Assembly: GCA_964658305.1 (NCBI GenBank)
Contig: OZ210886.1
Coordinates: forward strand, 124,001-188,000
From: Leptogorgia sarmentosa
Lineage: Eukaryota
Direction of reading: 5' to 3'
DNA length: 64,000 nucleotides
The translations under genes were made by a program, and so were the position numbers. Positions 52,698 through 64,000 of the stretch are shown here, in pieces; the first letter of the stretch is position 1; each line of letters starts with the position of its first letter. Under the pieces are notes generated by a model. It was given only the letters and a program-made list of their open reading frames with translations, was not told where the DNA came from and searched no databases.

Positions 52698-55277
52698 TCA
52701 GTTTTTCTTAGGTTTATGTTTATCAAAAGCGAAGAAATTGAGTGCCAATAAAATAAACCCAAACATATATGGAAATGTATTTAAAGAATAGAATAGAGAA
52801 CCAACAAGCCACACAAGCAACATAAGATACACAGCATAGCTCGGAGGATTAGGAACACGCATTTCACGAAAACAGACAACAGTTGGAATAAGAAGTAAAG
52901 CTAGGTTACAAAAAGGGTCAGATGGAAGGAACCACGACGTTGGTAAAACTTTAAGCCAAACTATGAACGCTGGAAATGTTTGAAAAGAAACAACTAAGAA
53001 AAAGACCAAAAGTAACTTGCTCAATTTCAGGATGCCAGCAATCTTGGATCTATCTGAGCTCTTCATTTCCGATGTTCTGTATTTGACTGTTGTCTTGCAG
53101 CAATGAATAAAGATAGTCATCGTGAGGAAGTAAATCGCAATAGGGCTACAGAAATACATCAAAGAAGAAACGACTAGCCCCAGGACACTATACAATAGTA
53201 CTATCACAGCGGCACTGGTCTGGGTTGGTGGTGAAATAGGTTTTGGTGAAAATAATAGAATTAACCAAGCGAGGAAAGACAGGATGATTTCAAGAGAAAC
53301 GTGAAGCGCTAGAAATATTACAATGGCACTCATAAGTATAAAACACGATGGAAACACGAAGTCATACAACGCAAAACCATTTAGGAAAGACCAAAAAAAG
53401 CTACCAAGCAAAGACTTTGCAATAAAATTATATAGCGGGTAGATAGTTCCATCTGTCATTTGTTCAAATTGAAAGACTAGGACAATCATTATGCAGGAGT
53501 AAATCCACTGTGGAACAAATGGAGCATAGAGGATAAAAATTCGACTCAAAGTTTGAGCAAACTGGTACTCCACAATGACGTCAACGGAACATTTATCTGT
53601 TTTCCAAACATGAAGCTGAGCGAATTCTGGAAATCCCTTCGGTTTCGAGGTGTGAATCCTTACAGAAATGACGAATTCTGTGGATTGCGATGTTCTAGCA
53701 AAGACATCTTCGCGAGACCACGGTACGTGAATTCTTCCTGTGAACAAACCATCGTGGTCATTTTCACAATCTATTTTCTTGACGGTTACTACGTAAGCAT
53801 CAAAAAAATTTCTAATCATTGCCAGAGAAATATTCATGAACAAATAGTTTGACGACAAGAACTTCTGTTCGCCTGAGAATAATCCAAAGTTATCAAATTG
53901 TTCGTTGGTACTGTACATTGGTAGAAACTGCATGGCTAATTTCGGTCTGCCTCTCACATTGGATACCTTTATATATGACGCATTTCCAAGTTTGGTGAAA
54001 AGCACAAAGCTTGCCTTCCATTTCGACGTTTTTGGTAATGGTTGAAAAGATACCACTTTGCTCCTAATACATCTATCATTTTCCACACTTTGACAACTCA
54101 TTAGCGAAATGTCTCCAAATGAGTTTGATATTGCAATAAATTGGACGTCGCCGGTATTCGTATCAACTGGAATCAGAAGTGTCCCAGAGATAGATATCTC
54201 TTGAATGTCTCTCCACAAACTTGTGTGGTTATAAATTGTTGGTGGTTGATCAAACTTGCTTTCAGAGAATATTTCTACATTTTGCTCATCAGAAATGCCA
54301 AAATACCGCTGCAAAACCTGTACTTGCTTCATTTTGTCTTCAGTGATCATATCACTATAATTATTTTCATCAGTTAGAGCAAACAAGGCTCGATTTATAA
54401 CCAAAACAAGCTGTTTGCACCAACACAAAGCTAGATGATCAATTGTGATCCATACGTCAGGCACTGCAGTTGTAACTGCACTGTATTGTAATCTAATATC
54501 TGCATTACGAGGGAGAAGACAATATTTTGCAGGAACTAGAATGTCTCTTGTGCCACCAGCAAGGGAAATTACACTGAGATTTGATACTAAAGTACTATGC
54601 TGCCAAAAATTATTCACTTTGAAATAAAATGAACTAAGGTGGTTGTCAAGTGGCAAAACGGGTGCAGATTGAGGTGTTCCAAGCGTAATGATAATTGACA
54701 CAAATTTCGGTTGAAAATTGTCCAATGTAAATAAAGCTCGCGCAATCATTCCTCCCATTGAATGGCCAATCAAAACCACCGGACTGGACGTCTTCCTTCC
54801 ATACAGTCTTACAATATGTTTTAAACAACTGTGAACAAAACTGACTTGCCCCATTAACACACCACCATACAAACCACTGAAATCTTCATCAAAATCAACT
54901 GTGAAATAATTAAAGTGATTTTGGTGCCTTTCTGCTTTACGCAAAGCAACAGATGCAAGTGATCTGACTTGTCGGTAACTTCCAGCATTTCCAGGAATAA
55001 ATAAAACTGGTATGCCACTTGGTGATAAGGACTGTTTTTGTTTTTGTGCATATAACCCTTCGCCATATAGGTACAGCCCATATCTTGGATACTTTTTGGA
55101 AACAGTTTTCTTTAGTTTTATTCTTATATATTCAGGATATTCAAACATGTATGTCATTTCACAATGATTTTCATCCAAAGCAAAAAATGCTTTCTTGCCA
55201 GTAATGAACAGGAAAGCAACTATTAGCAACCATGCACCAATTGCACAGACCAAAACAAAGTTTTTCATGTTTCTCAT
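52698..55277 (-). CDS. PGAP1: GPI inositol-deacylase PGAP1, single coding exon
   Basis: Uninterrupted ORF of ~859 aa from the ATG at 55277. Motifs ENHCEMTYMFEYPEY, GIPVLFIPGNAGSYRQVRSLAS, lipase GHSMGG and DHLALCWCKQLV; C-terminal TM helices and a KxKxx ER-retrieval end (KPKKN). Confidence 0.95.
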   Translation of the reverse strand: MRNMKNFVLVCAIGAWLLIVAFLFITGKKAFFALDENHCEMTYMFEYPEYIRIKLKKTVSKKYPRYGLYLYGEGLYAQKQKQSLSPSGIPVLFIPGNAGSYRQVRSLASVALRKAERHQNHFNYFTVDFDEDFSGLYGGVLMGQVSFVHSCLKHIVRLYGRKTSSPVVLIGHSMGGMIARALFTLDNFQPKFVSIIITLGTPQSAPVLPLDNHLSSFYFKVNNFWQHSTLVSNLSVISLAGGTRDILVPAKYCLLPRNADIRLQYSAVTTAVPDVWITIDHLALCWCKQLVLVINRALFALTDENNYSDMITEDKMKQVQVLQRYFGISDEQNVEIFSESKFDQPPTIYNHTSLWRDIQEISISGTLLIPVDTNTGDVQFIAISNSFGDISLMSCQSVENDRCIRSKVVSFQPLPKTSKWKASFVLFTKLGNASYIKVSNVRGRPKLAMQFLPMYSTNEQFDNFGLFSGEQKFLSSNYLFMNISLAMIRNFFDAYVVTVKKIDCENDHDGLFTGRIHVPWSREDVFARTSQSTEFVISVRIHTSKPKGFPEFAQLHVWKTDKCSVDVIVEYQFAQTLSRIFILYAPFVPQWIYSCIMIVLVFQFEQMTDGTIYPLYNFIAKSLLGSFFWSFLNGFALYDFVFPSCFILMSAIVIFLALHVSLEIILSFLAWLILLFSPKPISPPTQTSAAVIVLLYSVLGLVVSSLMYFCSPIAIYFLTMTIFIHCCKTTVKYRTSEMKSSDRSKIAGILKLSKLLLVFFLVVSFQTFPAFIVWLKVLPTSWFLPSDPFCNLALLLIPTVVCFREMRVPNPPSYAVYLMLLVWLVGSLFYSLNTFPYMFGFILLALNFFAFDKHKPKKN

Positions 55278-56054
55278 GCCAAGCAACTTGTAATAATGAA
55301 AAAAGGATTAGGTATATGGTTTAAAATCTAAAAAGAAAAAATATCACCAATCTATAACTGTGGAAACGCTGTTTCAGTTCAATCTAATCCTATGTGTTAC
55401 GATTGTAAACATTGACCAATTAATTACCTGGGTAACAAGCAATTGTTCCTGCTAATAATACTGAGCAAGATGCAGAAAGTCAGGGGGAATAACCTTGAAC
55501 TATTCATGAAGTTAAAAAAATTATAAGCTTCGAGTGTTTTATTTGTCAGACAATAGTTTAATAATTAAAATATCACCAATTGCATAGGTGTACAAGGTGG
55601 GGCAGGGGTGTGTGTGTGGCAGCCCCCTCCCCAGTTAGCCAGAGTTGTTAATTAGTTGGGCAATTTCTATTAAACGTTGGGCAATCAACTTGGTATTCGA
55701 CTACATCCTCAGAAAGAAGATTAATTGAACTTTTATAGAATAAAAAACATTACAATAATTATGTATTTCTTTATCTATCATGGTGGTTAGGACAGTTTGG
55801 TATTCTGTTACGTTCCACACCATTAAAATCTGACCCAACTTTTTAGAGTTCAATGATTGGTATATGGACAATACATACATAGGTGGAAGAATCTAGAGAC
55901 TTGTCAGTCAAAAGGTGTGAGTGGGTTGGTCATGTAATTTAAGGGTTGCAAGTTGTAGACCCCCACCCCCACATTCATAATAATAAAAATATGGACCTTT
56001 CATGGTACATGACATGTATGTGTTTTTACACACCTTATAACTGTAATATAGTAC

Positions 56055-56571
56055 CTTGTTAAACAAAATTACAATCGTCGATTGTATTTGAAATCTGTTT
56101 CATTTGTTTCATTCAATGAAGAAATATTTATAGCTCAGTGATATATTCAGCCATGTTGCCTGAGGTGACGTCATCATGCCGGGCAACACGCTTCCTCTGT
56201 TGTGTTGCGGGCAAGTTCAAGTTGTTACAAGTACAAAGTCATTCAAGTTTTCTGTTGTTTTTTCTATCTGATTGTTTGGTTAGCTTAGGAATTGCTTCGA
56301 CAACTGGCTTTCTAAAAGCCGCTTTCTACCATGAGAAATAAAACATCTACGTACGTGTTAAACTAAAGTCAGGAGTGGCAGACTGGGGCCATTGCAAAGC
56401 TCTATGTTGTAAGAGGAAATTTGACAGGAAGAGAATCCTTTCCAATGAATGTTTAAATCTACGATAGAAGATATATATCTCAATACATTATTGTCATATA
56501 CATAAGCTGGGTTACTGGAAGATTATATTAGGAGAACTAACGAGGAAAAGAGAACTAAACGAATTTGAACG
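56055..56571. promoter_or_regulatory. Probable bidirectional PGAP1/CUL1 promoter and leaders, with a CRE
   Basis: TGACGTCA at 56166-56173 is flanked by TGTTGCCTG and CGGGCAACA. A candidate PGAP1 5' UTR intron spans 56054-55329. Confidence 0.55.
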
Positions 56572-63650
<7,079 letters not shown>

Positions 63651-64000
63651 ACATTCAGGTTCTAAAAGCAAGAAATTCACTCGAAGTGAAATTAGGACAT
63701 ACAACATATCACTATCTGTCAAAATGTTCTGAGCAGCTGTGTTTTTGAAAGCACTCAGAAGTTGTGGTATTCAAACAAAGTTACTATAATTGCACACATT
63801 TCACAAAACTGTGCCAATGTTTCTTAAATCTGTGTACATTATGTTCTTTTTTGTAAACATTAATTCTTGAGAAATATTTAAAAAATAAAATATTCTTGGT
63901 AAAAATTGTGGAATAAGATTTTGATTGACATGTGCATCTTTACATATACAATGAGGTATTGTTAAGATTTAATTCATTAAAAAACAACTCTTGTTAAAAA

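Noticed and set aside
53553..55204. Several short ORFs overlapping PGAP1
   Set aside because: Shadow ORFs on the antisense strand or in alternative frames, with no recognisable motifs.

Overview
AT-rich, intron-dense animal genomic DNA. The short introns and the MITE/SINE families look anthozoan (cnidarian); this is an inference, not a determination. I assembled eight protein-coding genes by hand from splice sites and reading frames. In order: UBR3 (-, 3' end outside the window), AAAS/Aladin (+), SGTA/B (-), TMEM198 (-), CFAP210/CCDC173 (+), an ADCY5/6-type adenylyl cyclase (+), an intronless-CDS PGAP1 (-) and CUL1 (+). Three pairs are head-to-head. The most unusual signal is inside UBR3. A five-exon, 184-codon cassette flanked by phase-0 introns encodes a RhoGAP-like fold with no arginine finger, and a UBA-like domain follows it. 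I do not know either domain from vertebrate UBR3. Also present are a clear AT-AC (U12) intron in UBR3, a U12 GT-AG intron in CUL1, an RFX X-box at CFAP210, a candidate GC-donor plus 20-nt micro-exon in the cyclase, and many non-autonomous DNA transposons, several with visible TSDs. These include a 10-bp-TSD foldback element and a nested palindromic MITE in the cyclase 3' region. There are also Penelope-like remnants with a decayed hammerhead core. No rRNA, tRNA, CRISPR array or transposase ORF was seen. All homology calls come from recalled family motifs; no database search was run.
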